Shown piece after piece: positions 41,864 through 52,599 of a stretch of 61,128 nt of DNA. This DNA comes from an uncultured Lachnospiraceae bacterium (GTDB lineage: Bacteria; Bacillota; Clostridia; Lachnospirales; Lachnospiraceae), in the NCBI GenBank assembly GCA_910585065.1, contig CAJUCG010000001.1:1-61128 (forward strand), in the 5' to 3' direction. The position numbers and the translations under genes are program-made. Position 1 is the first letter of the stretch. Every line of letters begins with the position of its first letter. The notes beneath the pieces are model-generated. The model did no database searches. It was not told the origin of the DNA and saw only the letters and a list, made by a program, of their open reading frames with translations.

Positions 41864-42649
41864 CTATCTTCCTAACTGCTGTCTTATCGAATTCATCTTT
41901 TCCTCGTTAATATCTGCAATTACCTGCATAACATGAGCCGCGTAGAGCGTATCCATCTTCTCTAAGATTGCCGCACTCTCCGTTGTCTTCATACATAACA
42001 GATACTGCGCCACTAAATTGATACTCGCGTTCATCTCCTCTAGGATCGCCGCCGCATTGCCTGGCTTCATCTTTGCAAGGCGATTTGCTTCCTCCTTGAT
42101 CAAATCATCATATTCTAACAATTCTAACACCTGACGGTAAATTTCCTCCGCCGTTGTCGGATTGATCTCCTCGTAAAATTTGCGGTACTCCTCCACATCG
42201 GGAGCCTGATCATTAAAGACGACATTCCGGTCAAATTCTTCCACGCGCTTGGCAAAGGCCAACTGATCATCTTCAAATACCTTGAGTCTTGCGTTCTCTG
42301 CCTGAAGTTCCGCAACCAATTTTGCATAGTCTGAACTTGAACTTGTCGCGGCATCTAACTGCGCCTCAAGTTCCTTAATTCGTGCTACCGCCTCTTCCAT
42401 TGTATCAAATGGATAGTTATTTTCCCAGGCCTCCTGCTCATCCGACACAGCGGGCAGGAGATATTTTAGCACTGGGACATCCTTTAACATCGGTCTTAGG
42501 CTTGTTCCAAGATTACCAACATCCATCTTTATCAAAAAGGCAAAGGTAATGATCCACATCAACAGAACTAATAAGATAATAATGAAGGTCACAAATTTTC
42601 CGCCGCCCTTCTTTTCTTCCCCGCCTGCGTTTTTATTTTTTTTTGCCAT
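41864..42649 (-). CDS. YlxF/MotE-like protein (MgtE-N-type domain)
   Basis: N-terminal TM helix, a coiled coil, and LAKMKPGNAAAILEEM...AAILEKMD. Located between fliJ and fliK, as in B. subtilis. Confidence 0.7.
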   Translation of the reverse strand: MAKKNKNAGGEEKKGGGKFVTFIIILLVLLMWIITFAFLIKMDVGNLGTSLRPMLKDVPVLKYLLPAVSDEQEAWENNYPFDTMEEAVARIKELEAQLDAATSSSSDYAKLVAELQAENARLKVFEDDQLAFAKRVEEFDRNVVFNDQAPDVEEYRKFYEEINPTTAEEIYRQVLELLEYDDLIKEEANRLAKMKPGNAAAILEEMNASINLVAQYLLCMKTTESAAILEKMDTLYAAHVMQVIADINEEKMNSIRQQLGR

Positions 42650-42664
42650 TTGCGATGTTTCCTC

Positions 42665-43117
42665 CTATTCCACCGTCTCTGTTAATTTATGCCGGAAACT
42701 TACCAATTCGTCAATTTCTTTTTGTTCCTCGGCATTTAATTCTGCCAGATATCCCTGAAACGCTTTTTCTTTTAATTTCTCCTGTGTCTTGCGCTCCGCC
42801 ATCGCCTCGCGTAACCGGTGCATTGCCGCATCCACATTGTTCTGCGCCCTCTGTACCGCCATCTTCTGACGCTCAATAAAAATCTTCAATGTTTCCAGTG
42901 CGTCCTCCCCATGCCGTATAGTCATTATATTTAGATTCGCGCCCACCAATTCCCGCAGATTTGCCTCACAGTCCGCGCGCCGCAAATTAAGCGCGTCAAG
43001 TTTTTGCTCTTCCTCGTTTAATTTTGCCTGTGCCGCCGCATAGCGCGCCTTTTCCTGCTCTTCTAATTTCTCCTTGATATTGAGTACACTCTGCATTTTA
43101 TAGACAAATTTCTTCAA
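42665..43117 (-). CDS. fliJ: Flagellar export chaperone-escort FliJ
   Basis: 150-aa all-coiled-coil protein directly after fliI. Confidence 0.8.
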   Translation of the reverse strand: MKKFVYKMQSVLNIKEKLEEQEKARYAAAQAKLNEEEQKLDALNLRRADCEANLRELVGANLNIMTIRHGEDALETLKIFIERQKMAVQRAQNNVDAAMHRLREAMAERKTQEKLKEKAFQGYLAELNAEEQKEIDELVSFRHKLTETVE

Positions 43118-43137
43118 TCAGACCACCACTTTTCTCT

Positions 43138-44442
43138 CTACGCCCCAAAAATCCCTTCTAGTTCCGACAAGGTCTCCTCAAGCGATACTTTTTCATCCGT
43201 CGCCTGACAAAGAAATGAATTTACCGCATCAATCTTTTCTATCGCATAATCAATATTTTTATTGCTCCCCGCCTTGTAAGCACCGATATTGATCAGATCT
43301 TCCGCCTCACTGTAGGTCGCCATCACCATTTTAAGCTGTCCCGCTGCTCTTTTATGATCTCTGTCTGCAATTGAACTCATCACACGCGAAATACTCTGCA
43401 AAATATCGATCGCCGGATAATGATTCTTGTGCGCGAGAGAGCGCGACAAAATAATATGCCCATCCAAAATTCCTCTCGCGGTATCCGCGATCGGCTCGTT
43501 AAAATCATCCCCATCGACAAGAACCGTGTAGAGTCCTGTAATGGAGCCATTTGCGTCGTTTCCGGCGCGCTCTAAAAGTTTTGGCATCTCCGAGTACACA
43601 CTCGGCGGATACCCTCTTGAAACTGGCGGCTCACCGCCCGCAAGTCCTATCTCTCTCTGTGCCATTGAAAAGCGCGTCAGAGAGTCCATCATCAGCAAAA
43701 CATCTTTTCCCTGATCTCTAAAATACTCCGCGATTGCCGTTGCTGTCTTCGCTGCCTTCTTGCGGATAAGTGCCGGCTTATCGGAGGTCGCAATCACAAG
43801 CACCGATCGCTTTAAGCCTTCCTCCCCAAGATCGCGCTCAATAAACTCCCTTACTTCGCGACCTCGTTCGCCGATCAGGGCGATCACATTGATATCCGCT
43901 TTGGTATTGCGCGCAAACATACCGAGCAGGGTACTTTTCCCCACGCCGCTGCCCGCAAAAATCCCAATTCTCTGCCCCTTGCCAAGCGTTAAAAGCCCAT
44001 CGACTGCCCTCACGCCAAGCGGCAGGATCTCCGAGATCAGCACGCGGTCGAGTGGGTCAGGAGCAGGAGCATCCACCGGGTAAGCATCACTTGTGACCAG
44101 TTCGCTGCCGTCAAGCGGTCTTCCAAGTCCGTCAAGCGATTTTCCCAAAAGCTGCGGTCCCACCCCGACAAGTAACGGCTCATGCATATTGATCACACTG
44201 CTTCCCACACCGATCCCGCTCACATCCTCATAGGGCATCAGCAGAAGCTTTCCCTCACGAAAGCCGATCACTTCCGCTCTGACCTGCACCCCTTCATCGC
44301 GTGAGCAGATCAGGCAGACATCGTTGATATTCGCATCCGGACCAAGTGATTCCACGGTCAGTCCCACAACTTTTGTCACTTTTCCCTTGGTATCGATATA
44401 TGATTTTGTGTAGAGCGACTCATATTTTGATAAATCAATCAT
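43138..44442 (-). CDS. fliI: Flagellum-specific ATPase FliI
   Basis: Walker A GSGVGKST, Walker [12 protein letters not shown]1-beta-like. Confidence 0.95.
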   Translation of the reverse strand: MIDLSKYESLYTKSYIDTKGKVTKVVGLTVESLGPDANINDVCLICSRDEGVQVRAEVIGFREGKLLLMPYEDVSGIGVGSSVINMHEPLLVGVGPQLLGKSLDGLGRPLDGSELVTSDAYPVDAPAPDPLDRVLISEILPLGVRAVDGLLTLGKGQRIGIFAGSGVGKSTLLGMFARNTKADINVIALIGERGREVREFIERDLGEEGLKRSVLVIATSDKPALIRKKAAKTATAIAEYFRDQGKDVLLMMDSLTRFSMAQREIGLAGGEPPVSRGYPPSVYSEMPKLLERAGNDANGSITGLYTVLVDGDDFNEPIADTARGILDGHIILSRSLAHKNHYPAIDILQSISRVMSSIADRDHKRAAGQLKMVMATYSEAEDLINIGAYKAGSNKNIDYAIEKIDAVNSFLCQATDEKVSLEETLSELEGIFGA

Positions 44443-44448
44443 CCGGTC

Positions 44449-45294
44449 TTATTCCTCTCTGCTCCCGGCAAGCATCTTCAGATCGCCTGCTAGGTTCTTT
44501 AGCTGCACATCAATACTACAATCAAAAATGCGGCTGTCCGTCTCAATGATACACTGTCCTTTCTGCATTGTTCCATCTTTTGTAATCTCAAGTACGGCTC
44601 CCTCTTTTAACTGCCCCAAAAGTTTTTCTTTCCCTAAATTTGCCACCGCAAAATCTTCCGGAGAGACATGAATCAGGTAGGTCATACTTGATCCAATCTC
44701 ATATAGTGCCTGTTCTATCAGGTAGGTGATCAGATCGGATTTCTCCTCTAAGAGAACTCCAGTCAATTTCCCCATAAGATGAATTAGAATCTCCACAAAA
44801 GCAGGTTCTAGCTCTCTTACCTGTCTCTCGTAAGCCTCCTTTGCCTCCTTAACTTCCCGCTCAAGCCGCACTTTCATTGTATCGTATTTTTCTTGCGCTT
44901 TCTTTTCTCCCTGCCGCAGACCATCATCGTAAGCCTGTTTTCGAATGCCATCCGCATCCGTCTGTGCCGCAGAGAGGATATTCTCCGCTTCCTCCCGCGC
45001 CTGTAAGAGCATATCCTGCGCTTCCTTTATCTTTTGTTCGGCTTCCTCTTTTTTTCTTGCAATCTCTAAAGCCTCTTCGTCCTCGGCTTTCTCCTCCTTA
45101 TCCTGCTGTGCAAAAAGCCCTAAGATTCCAGGCTTAAACTCCCCGTCCTCCTCCCCATCCCTTTTTACCTGTGCGCGCTTTTCCACAGCAAGGCGGGTAA
45201 ACCCGCCCTCCCGCAGATTTGAATCTATCGTGCGTATTTCCTGCGTATATGTAACAGCCGCCGCCTTGATCACATTAGACAACGATCTCGTCAC
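44449..45294 (-). CDS. fliH: Flagellar export regulator FliH (GTG/TTG start overlapping the fliG end)
   Basis: LSNVIK N-terminus, an E/K-rich coiled coil, and a C-terminal FliH domain. Confidence 0.8.
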   Translation of the reverse strand: MTRSLSNVIKAAAVTYTQEIRTIDSNLREGGFTRLAVEKRAQVKRDGEEDGEFKPGILGLFAQQDKEEKAEDEEALEIARKKEEAEQKIKEAQDMLLQAREEAENILSAAQTDADGIRKQAYDDGLRQGEKKAQEKYDTMKVRLEREVKEAKEAYERQVRELEPAFVEILIHLMGKLTGVLLEEKSDLITYLIEQALYEIGSSMTYLIHVSPEDFAVANLGKEKLLGQLKEGAVLEITKDGTMQKGQCIIETDSRIFDCSIDVQLKNLAGDLKMLAGSREE

Positions 45295-46288
45295 CTCCGC
45301 CTCTCGAAATTACAATCTCGCCGGAATCCTCAAGCTTGCGGATTACATTGACGATCTTTTGCTGTGCCTCCTCGACATCCTTCATGCGGACAGGCCCCAT
45401 ATAGTCCATATCCTCGCGGATCATCGTGACAAGACGCTTGGAGAGATTGTTAAAGATCGCCGTCTGCACTTCCTCCGTGGACGCTTTTAGTGCCACCGCA
45501 AGCTCGTTGTTGTCCACCTCACGCAGCACGCGCTGAATAGAGCGGTCGTCGAGCGTAAGAATATCCTCGAACACAAACATCTTTTTGCGGATCTCGTCGG
45601 CAAGCTCTGGCTCCTCGATCTCCAAATTTTCCATAATATGTTTCTCTGTCCCGCGATCCACGGTATTTAAGATCTCCACGATCGCGTCCACGCCACCAGC
45701 AATAGTGTAATCCTGGTTTACTAGCGCGGAGAGTTTGCGCTCAAGCACTCGCTCCACTTCCTTTAACACATCCGGGGAAGTGCGATCCATCTGTGCGATA
45801 CGCTTGGCAACATCCGCCTGCTTATCGGGCGCGAGTGCCCCGATAATTGCCGCCGCCTGCGCACTTGGCAGATAGGATAAGATAAGAGCGATCGTCTGCG
45901 GGTGTTCATCCTGGATAAAGGTAAGCAGCTGGCTTGCCTCCGCCTTGCGGATAAACTCGAATGGACGCACCTGCAAGGAGGCGGTCAATTTTCCAATAAC
46001 CTCGCGCGCTTTCTCCGGACCTAGAGCCTTCTCCAGCAAATCCTTCGCGTAGCCAATACCGCCCTCCGCGATATACTGCTGTGCCAAGCACACCTGATAA
46101 AACTCATCTAAAACAGCTTCCTTTGTACTCTGTGATATGCTTCTGGTATTGGCAATCTCAAGCGTGAGCTGTTCAATCTCTTCTTCCTTCAAATGTTTAA
46201 ATATTTTTGAGGAGCGTTCAGGCCCCAGCGAAATCAGCAGTATCGCTGTCTTTTGCAAACCTGAGAGTTCATCCCCTTCTTTTGCCAT
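45275..46288 (-). CDS. fliG: Flagellar motor switch protein FliG
   Basis: GLQKTAILLISLG, the MFVFEDI motif, and a C-terminal torque-helix region. Confidence 0.95.
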   Translation of the reverse strand: MAKEGDELSGLQKTAILLISLGPERSSKIFKHLKEEEIEQLTLEIANTRSISQSTKEAVLDEFYQVCLAQQYIAEGGIGYAKDLLEKALGPEKAREVIGKLTASLQVRPFEFIRKAEASQLLTFIQDEHPQTIALILSYLPSAQAAAIIGALAPDKQADVAKRIAQMDRTSPDVLKEVERVLERKLSALVNQDYTIAGGVDAIVEILNTVDRGTEKHIMENLEIEEPELADEIRKKMFVFEDILTLDDRSIQRVLREVDNNELAVALKASTEEVQTAIFNNLSKRLVTMIREDMDYMGPVRMKDVEEAQQKIVNVIRKLEDSGEIVISRGGGDEIVV

Positions 46289-46331
46289 CGAATCTTCCCC
46301 CTTCCTGCCCTTTTTCTAAATTAAAGACTAA

Positions 46332-47936
46332 TTAACCCCAATCATCGCTGAGCCAGTTGCGCAAAAGCGCGGCAACCGCCTCCGGATTTTCGTCCACAAA
46401 TTTCTCGATCATGCGCTTTGTTTCTGAACTCTCGCCAAATTCCAGATCTTCGAGCGACTGATTTTCCTTCGTGGTCGCAAGAAGCTTCTCCACTGAAAGC
46501 TCCGGCTCTGTCTCGATCACTTCCTCCGGCTTGGATACGCGGAAGACTACGAAGATTAACAGACCGATAATAATGACAAAGAGCAGAATTGTAAGGATCA
46601 GGTTCCAATTAAACCCTTCCTCCGGCAGCTCGACATAATTCGGAATCTCAATAATGCGGATCGCAAGGCGAGTCACATCAATTCCTGTCGCCATTGAGAA
46701 AGCCTCAAGATAGTCCGCAATAAGTTCCTCATCCGTTATCTGTACTGGCTGACTGTTGCGGATCTTGTACTCCTCGTAGGTCATCTCCCCCAAAAGCCCA
46801 AGCACCTCAAGATCTCTCTCCGAGTACTGGCGAACGCGCTTTAACACGATCGCCCCGCTGCTGTTCTCCTTTAAAATATTCAAACTGCGCATTGTGCGCG
46901 TGGTTCTCTCACTTGGCAGATACTGAATCTTAGTCGACTCATACGAGCTGCTGCCCGTGCCGTTGGTCTGAATATAGTAATCATTCTCATCATTGGAATC
47001 CGTGCCCGGAATATCCGCAGTTCCAGCAGTATTCTCCGAAGCAACGTGTTCATAGATACTTTGCAGACCCTGCTCCTGCCCATCAGCTGGCAGATATTCA
47101 TGCAGATACTCCTCAATGCGATCGTAGTTGATATCGAGATTAAACTCCGCATCCACATAGTCAAATCCCAGAAAAAGCCCATAGCGTTGTACCGCATCAC
47201 GGTAAAAATTATTTGTCTGTACCCACTGCTCATGCTGGGTGTTTAGGGAGGCGGTCTGTTCGTCCTCAGGTCCGCTGTAGAGCATCTTTCCATGTTGGTC
47301 AATAATCTTTACGCTCTCAAGCGTCTTGTTGCCGAGTGCGTTCGCCACTGTGACTGCGATCCCCTCCGGTGCTACAGCAGTATTAAATTTTGAATTGATG
47401 GTCAAAAAGATAGAACACTGAATCTCTTTATTCTCATCCAGGATTGTCGAGGTACGGTCAATCGGAATATAGCGAACCTGTGCATCATCCACACCATCAA
47501 AATTCCTTATGTAACTCTCAAGCTCCGCCATCGTGTACTCGGCGGATTTTAAGTTCTTCTCGTAGTTCGTCGTACTCATATCGCTCTCTAAGAGCTGTTC
47601 TAGTGTTACCCGGCCCTCCTGCATCAGCGAACTTCCAACGATCGCATAATTTGCCTCCACCGTCTTTGTCGAGTCCACATAGATCGTCACACTGTCGTCC
47701 GCAATTTTATGTGCAATACCGGATTCCGTCAGGAGCTGATCCACGGACTTCGCCACACCGACATCCTCAAAGGTACGCCAGCGCGTATAGGTTGTGCGCC
47801 CAAAAAAGTACGCCAACAAGAGAAGCATAATCACCACAGCACCCACCGTGCTTAAGATAATCGTCTTCTGCTTTTTGGTGTACTTATTCCACATCTCCAA
47901 TATTTTGTTTAATAATTGTTTAAACCTGTCCTGCAT
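46332..47936 (-). CDS. fliF: MS-ring protein FliF
   Basis: 534 aa with N- and C-terminal TM helices and a FliG-binding C-terminus (AVAALLRNWL). Confidence 0.9.
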   Translation of the reverse strand: MQDRFKQLLNKILEMWNKYTKKQKTIILSTVGAVVIMLLLLAYFFGRTTYTRWRTFEDVGVAKSVDQLLTESGIAHKIADDSVTIYVDSTKTVEANYAIVGSSLMQEGRVTLEQLLESDMSTTNYEKNLKSAEYTMAELESYIRNFDGVDDAQVRYIPIDRTSTILDENKEIQCSIFLTINSKFNTAVAPEGIAVTVANALGNKTLESVKIIDQHGKMLYSGPEDEQTASLNTQHEQWVQTNNFYRDAVQRYGLFLGFDYVDAEFNLDINYDRIEEYLHEYLPADGQEQGLQSIYEHVASENTAGTADIPGTDSNDENDYYIQTNGTGSSSYESTKIQYLPSERTTRTMRSLNILKENSSGAIVLKRVRQYSERDLEVLGLLGEMTYEEYKIRNSQPVQITDEELIADYLEAFSMATGIDVTRLAIRIIEIPNYVELPEEGFNWNLILTILLFVIIIGLLIFVVFRVSKPEEVIETEPELSVEKLLATTKENQSLEDLEFGESSETKRMIEKFVDENPEAVAALLRNWLSDDWG

Positions 47937-47954
47937 GGAATATTACCCCAATCA

Positions 47955-48275
47955 TTAGAATTGTAACTGCATCAGCTCTTTGTAGGCATCCAGAACGGCA
48001 TTCCGCACTGCAACGGTATACTGCAGAGACATATTGGCTTTTGTCTGCGCCACCTGTACATCCGTCGTCGAATTTTTAAAACCCATCATGTAGGAAAGTT
48101 CTTCCTCTCTTGCGGCATTGGTTAGATTGTTTGTCTCGCGCAGCATCTCGAGCGCGGATTGAAACAGTGATTCAAACGCCGTGTTTTTTTGTGTCGTCTC
48201 CTTTGGTTTCTCCCAACTCGCGGTGTAATCTTCGATCCTGTTGATCGCACCTATTGATGTAAAGTCCATTGCCAT
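47955..48275 (-). CDS. fliE: Flagellar hook-basal body protein FliE
   Basis: 106 aa with a C-terminal VAVRNAVLDAYKELMQLQF. Confidence 0.85.
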   Translation of the reverse strand: MAMDFTSIGAINRIEDYTASWEKPKETTQKNTAFESLFQSALEMLRETNNLTNAAREEELSYMMGFKNSTTDVQVAQTKANMSLQYTVAVRNAVLDAYKELMQLQF

Positions 48276-48323
48276 TCTCCATTCTTGACCATTTTACGGT
48301 TCTATTTTTCCCTTCTTATCGCC

Positions 48324-48779
48324 TTAACCCTTACCAACTTCAAGACCCTTTAACAACATATTTTTTGTCGCGTTAAACGCTGTGATATTCGCCTCATAAG
48401 CGCGCGAAGCATCAATTAGGTTCGTCATCTCCGTCACCGAATTGATGTTTGGCTGTGTTACATATCCGTCCTCATCCGCATCAGGATTGCCAGGCTCATA
48501 AACCTTTCTCAGCGGCGTGGCATGATCTTCCACAATCGCTGTCACCTTCACTCCGTTGCCGATAAGATCCGTCGCGTTATCCTGCTGACTCATCATCAGC
48601 ATACTTGAAAAGGTATCGTACCCCTTCGTCTGAAAAAGCACGGTCTTTCGTCGAAATACATTCCCATTCTCATCTCTTGTCGTGTTGACATTTGCAAGGT
48701 TCTGCGCGATCGTGTCCATGCGCACACGCTGCGCAGTCAATCCGCTTGCACTGATATTGAGCGCGTCAAAACTTCCCAT
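48324..48779 (-). CDS. flgC: Proximal rod protein FlgC
   Basis: ISASGLTAQRVRMDTIAQNLANVNTT. Confidence 0.9.
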   Translation of the reverse strand: MGSFDALNISASGLTAQRVRMDTIAQNLANVNTTRDENGNVFRRKTVLFQTKGYDTFSSMLMMSQQDNATDLIGNGVKVTAIVEDHATPLRKVYEPGNPDADEDGYVTQPNINSVTEMTNLIDASRAYEANITAFNATKNMLLKGLEVGKG

Positions 48780-48815
48780 TTACATCCTCCTTTTCCCGTT
48801 TTCTTTTTCCCTTCC

Positions 48816-49214
48816 TTAATTTCTATTTAATACCATTCGGATTCGCGCAAATTCCTGCGTCATTGAATCGAGCAATGTGTAATAGCGGATCGAGTTCTGT
48901 GCCAAATTTGCATTTTCCACATCCACATCCACATTATTTTCATCCAGTCGGTAACTCAGTTCCCTCTGATCTACGTAGGTTGTCGTCTTTAGATTGGCGA
49001 GATCAACACCTGCCACTGCCTTATCCATAAAGACCTGTGTCCCTGCGCTTGCAAGCTCCTTCTTTAAATACTCTTCAAATCGGATATCGCTGCGCTTAAA
49101 TCCCGGCGTACTCACATTTGCAAGATTGTTGTTCAAAACGGTGTTCCGCACCCAGCTCGCATTCGCCGCCTGGTTAAGCACATTTATGTAATTGTAGAGA
49201 TCGGAACCTATCAT
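48816..49214 (-). CDS. flgB: Proximal rod protein FlgB
   Basis: NNNLANVSTPGFKRSDIRFEEYL. Confidence 0.9.
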   Translation of the reverse strand: MIGSDLYNYINVLNQAANASWVRNTVLNNNLANVSTPGFKRSDIRFEEYLKKELASAGTQVFMDKAVAGVDLANLKTTTYVDQRELSYRLDENNVDVDVENANLAQNSIRYYTLLDSMTQEFARIRMVLNRN

Positions 49215-49281
49215 GTCATCATCCTTTCAAATTTTTAAATTTATGTCTATGTTTACCTACAGCACAAATTACATACATTAT

Positions 49282-49310
49282 ATTATAGTCAGTTCAAAGG
49301 AAAAAAACAA
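49282..49310 (-). promoter_or_regulatory. Candidate sigma-A promoter of the fla/che operon
   Basis: TTGTTT (49310..49305), 17-nt spacer, TATAAT (49287..49282), about 70 nt upstream of the flgB ATG. Confidence 0.4.
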
Positions 49311-49330
49311 GTAATATTTCAATTTTCTTT

Positions 49331-49345
49331 AATATTCAGAATTTT
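49331..49345. promoter_or_regulatory. CodY-box-like palindrome just upstream of the flgB promoter
   Basis: AATATTCAGAATTTT against consensus AATTTTCWGAAAATT (3 mismatches). An overlapping weaker copy lies at 49321..49335. Confidence 0.3.
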
Positions 49346-49554
49346 TCTTCATTTTTGCGACTCCTCCCCCGAAATTATCACGCATTTTTTACAAATGTTA
49401 GTACAATTGGAAAAAAAGAACAAAGAGATAGACGAAAAATACCCTCGTCATGACAAATCCCTTTGTTCCGACACAATCCATTTCCATATTATAGAAGATC
49501 CACTTTACCTAAACTTCCCATTTCTTTTTGACATTTTATATTATGCTGCACTTT

Positions 49555-50322
49555 TTACTGCATCTTCTTTAACTCGTCAAACACAACGTCGTTCAATACC
49601 CGAATATAGGTTCCCTTCATCCCTGATGAGCGCGACTCAATCACACCCGCGCTCTCAAACTTGCGCAGAGCATTGACAATCACGGAGCGCGTGATCCCCA
49701 CGCGGTCAGCAATCTTACTTGCCACCAAAATGCCCTCGTTGCCATCCAGCTCCTCAAAAATATGGGTGATCGCCTCAAGTTCCGAGAAGGAGAGCGTGCT
49801 GATTGCAGAACGCACAATTTGTACTTTTCGGTTCTCCTCCGCATTTTCCTCGTTTACCGAGCGCATCATCTCTAAGCCGACTACAGTGGTGCCGTACTCG
49901 CTTAAAATAATATCGTCGATCGAGTACTGCTCTCTGTTCTTGTAAATAAATAGCGTGCCAAGCCTCTCCCCCGCGATATCGATCGGCGTGATGATCGCGC
50001 GGTAAGAATCCATATGCTCAAACTCGAATCCGAGCGTCGCCAGATTTACATTCTCCTTTGTCGAGAGGATATTTAAAAGTCTTTCGTTTAACATCCCATC
50101 GATGTAGCCGCCCACGGAATCCCTTATCAGCTCCGAGATCGGCGCGATATCCGAACGGTTTTTTATGCCGAGCACCTTCCCCTTCCTACTGATTACAAGG
50201 ATGTTCGAGCCAAGAATATCACTCAGCACCAAGCAGATATCGTTGAATACTACCTTGTGAGAATTATTGTTATGCAGTAATTTATTGATTTTTCTGGTTT
50301 TGTCCAACAGTTGAACACTCAT
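49555..50322 (-). CDS. codY: GTP/BCAA-sensing pleiotropic repressor CodY
   Basis: MSVQLLDKTRKINKLL... and the C-terminal HTH ASKIADRVGITRSVIVNALRKFESAGVIESRS. Confidence 0.95.
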   Translation of the reverse strand: MSVQLLDKTRKINKLLHNNNSHKVVFNDICLVLSDILGSNILVISRKGKVLGIKNRSDIAPISELIRDSVGGYIDGMLNERLLNILSTKENVNLATLGFEFEHMDSYRAIITPIDIAGERLGTLFIYKNREQYSIDDIILSEYGTTVVGLEMMRSVNEENAEENRKVQIVRSAISTLSFSELEAITHIFEELDGNEGILVASKIADRVGITRSVIVNALRKFESAGVIESRSSGMKGTYIRVLNDVVFDELKKMQ

Positions 50323-50448
50323 GACCTAACCCCCCGCACATAATTTTTCATAATCCAATAATAACACAACTATTGTTCAAAAACAAGTAGAATTTTCAAT
50401 TTTGCCGCAATTTTAATCTATATTTTCTGATTTTTTGAATTCTTACGT

Positions 50449-52545
50449 TTATTTGTTCTTTTCTTCCTCTTCACTCTCCTCCTTTTTTGGCTGCTGGTAT
50501 CCGCACTCCGGTGCCGGACAGACGAGGCGGTTTCCCTTTTCAACTAACAGTTCCCCGCATTGCGGACATACGGCATTGGTCGGCTTCTGCCAGGTCATAT
50601 AATCGCACTCCGGATTGTGTTCACAGCCGTAGTAACGTCTGCCCTTCTTTGTCTTTTTTAACACAATCTCGCCGCCACAGCGCGGGCAGGTAATACCAAT
50701 TTTTTCCAGATATGTCTTTGTATTGCGGCATTCTGGGAAATTTGGACAGGCGAGAAATTTTCCGTGAGGTCCATATTTAATCACCATATTGCGCCCGCAC
50801 AGATCGCAGACCACATCGCTTACCTCGTCCTCGATCTTTATCTGGGCAAGCTTCTCATTTGCCTCCTTGATCGCGACTTCCAGATCGGGATAAAAATTGC
50901 TTACCACCGTTTTCCAAGCGACATTCCCCTCCTCCACACCGTCTAGGAGTGCCTCCAAATTTACGGTAAAATTCACATCAACAATACTTGGAAAGGCTTC
51001 TTTCATCATATTGTTCACCGCCTCTCCCAATTCGGTAATATAGAGATTTTTGTCCTCCTTTACCACATAGTGCCTCGCCATAATGGTGGTGATGGTCGGC
51101 GCGTAGGTACTCGGTCGTCCAATGCCAAGTTCCTCCATAGTTTTTACTAGGCTCCCCTCTGTATAATGCGCCGGAGGCTGTGTAAAATGCTGTCCCTTCT
51201 CAAGTTCCTTCAATTTTAATTCCATGTTTTCTTTAATTCCCTTTAATCCGGTGTTTAGTGCCTCATCATCATCTTCTTCTGCCATGTAGACTGCGAGAAA
51301 ACCGTCCTTTTTCAATTTGGAGGCGGAGGCACTAAAGCGGTATCCGCCCCCGTCAATCTTGACGGAGGCTGTCTCGTAGACCGCCGCGATCATACGGCTT
51401 GCGACAAAACGCTTCCAGATAAGCTGGTAGAGGCGGAACTGATCGCGAGAGAGCGAATCCTTGACCTTTGCGGGGGTAAGCTCCACATAGGTCGGACGAA
51501 TCGCCTCATGCGCATCCTGAATTTTTTTTCCGCTCGCCTGGTTTACATCCACCTGCGTCACAAATTCCTCCCCGTAAGTCTCGCGAATAAATTGCTTTGC
51601 CGAAGCGTCCGCCTCGTCGGAAACACGCACGGAATCCGTTCTCAGATACGAAATTAACCCGATCGTGCCATATCCTGCAACATCCACACCCTCATAGAGT
51701 TGCTGCGCAAAACGCATAGTTTTCTGAGTAGAAAAATTTAACAGTTTCGCTGCCTCCTGCTGCAGGGTGCTTGTTGTAAACGGCAGCGGAGCCTTGCGAT
51801 GACGCTCCCCATTTTTTAATTCTGTCACGACAAATTTCGCATTTTCCAACTGTTTTACAATTTTTCCCAATTCCGTCTGCGTAGAGATGGAAATCTTTTT
51901 CTCCGCCGTTCCATAAAATTTTGCAATCAGCGGTCTTTTTTCGCCCTCGATTGCAAAGGCGGCATCCAGACTCCAGTATTCCTGCGGCACAAAATCTTCG
52001 ATCTCCTTCTCGCGGTCCGCAATAATGCGCAGCGTCACGGACTGCACGCGCCCCGCACTCAGCCCGCGCTTAATCTTCGCCCATAAAAGCGGACTGATCT
52101 CATATCCCACCATGCGGTCGAGCATACGCCTTGCCTGCTGCGCATCCACCAGATCCATATCGATGGATCTCACGTTTTTAATAGAAGCTTTCACTGCGTT
52201 TTTCGTGACCTCGTTGAAGGTAATCCGGTTTTTTCCTCCCTCCGGCAGTTTTAACACATTCGCCAAATGCCATGCGATTGCCTCCCCCTCGCGATCTGGG
52301 TCAGTTGCCAGATAAACCTTATCCGCCTTTTTCACCTCTTTGCGCAGCATTGCAAGAACATCTCCTTTGCCGCGTATCGTAATATATTTCGGCTCAAAGC
52401 CATGCTCAAAATCAATTCCCATCTGACTTTTTGGGAAATCCCTCACATGGCCGTTCGACGCGACTACCTCATAATTTGCTCCGAGAAATTTTTTCACTGT
52501 CTTCGCCTTTGACGGCGACTCCATAATCACCAGATTTTTTGCCAT
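50449..52545 (-). CDS. topA: DNA topoisomerase I
   Basis: TOPRIM N-terminus LVIMESPSKAKT, the active-site region SYLRTDS, and C-terminal zinc ribbons (CPxCG repeats). Confidence 0.95.
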   Translation of the reverse strand: MAKNLVIMESPSKAKTVKKFLGANYEVVASNGHVRDFPKSQMGIDFEHGFEPKYITIRGKGDVLAMLRKEVKKADKVYLATDPDREGEAIAWHLANVLKLPEGGKNRITFNEVTKNAVKASIKNVRSIDMDLVDAQQARRMLDRMVGYEISPLLWAKIKRGLSAGRVQSVTLRIIADREKEIEDFVPQEYWSLDAAFAIEGEKRPLIAKFYGTAEKKISISTQTELGKIVKQLENAKFVVTELKNGERHRKAPLPFTTSTLQQEAAKLLNFSTQKTMRFAQQLYEGVDVAGYGTIGLISYLRTDSVRVSDEADASAKQFIRETYGEEFVTQVDVNQASGKKIQDAHEAIRPTYVELTPAKVKDSLSRDQFRLYQLIWKRFVASRMIAAVYETASVKIDGGGYRFSASASKLKKDGFLAVYMAEEDDDEALNTGLKGIKENMELKLKELEKGQHFTQPPAHYTEGSLVKTMEELGIGRPSTYAPTITTIMARHYVVKEDKNLYITELGEAVNNMMKEAFPSIVDVNFTVNLEALLDGVEEGNVAWKTVVSNFYPDLEVAIKEANEKLAQIKIEDEVSDVVCDLCGRNMVIKYGPHGKFLACPNFPECRNTKTYLEKIGITCPRCGGEIVLKKTKKGRRYYGCEHNPECDYMTWQKPTNAVCPQCGELLVEKGNRLVCPAPECGYQQPKKEESEEEEKNK

Positions 52546-52599
52546 AGAATAACCAAGCCTTTCTCACTTCTATTTTTGCAGACGCTAAGCAGCAAAGAA

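Noticed and set aside
49215-49554. A c-di-GMP riboswitch or invertible flagellar switch upstream of flgB, as in Clostridioides difficile.
   Set aside because: No GEMM-I/II conserved cores were recognisable, and no inverted repeats of 15 bp or more flank a segment in this region. The predicted leader is only about 70 nt.
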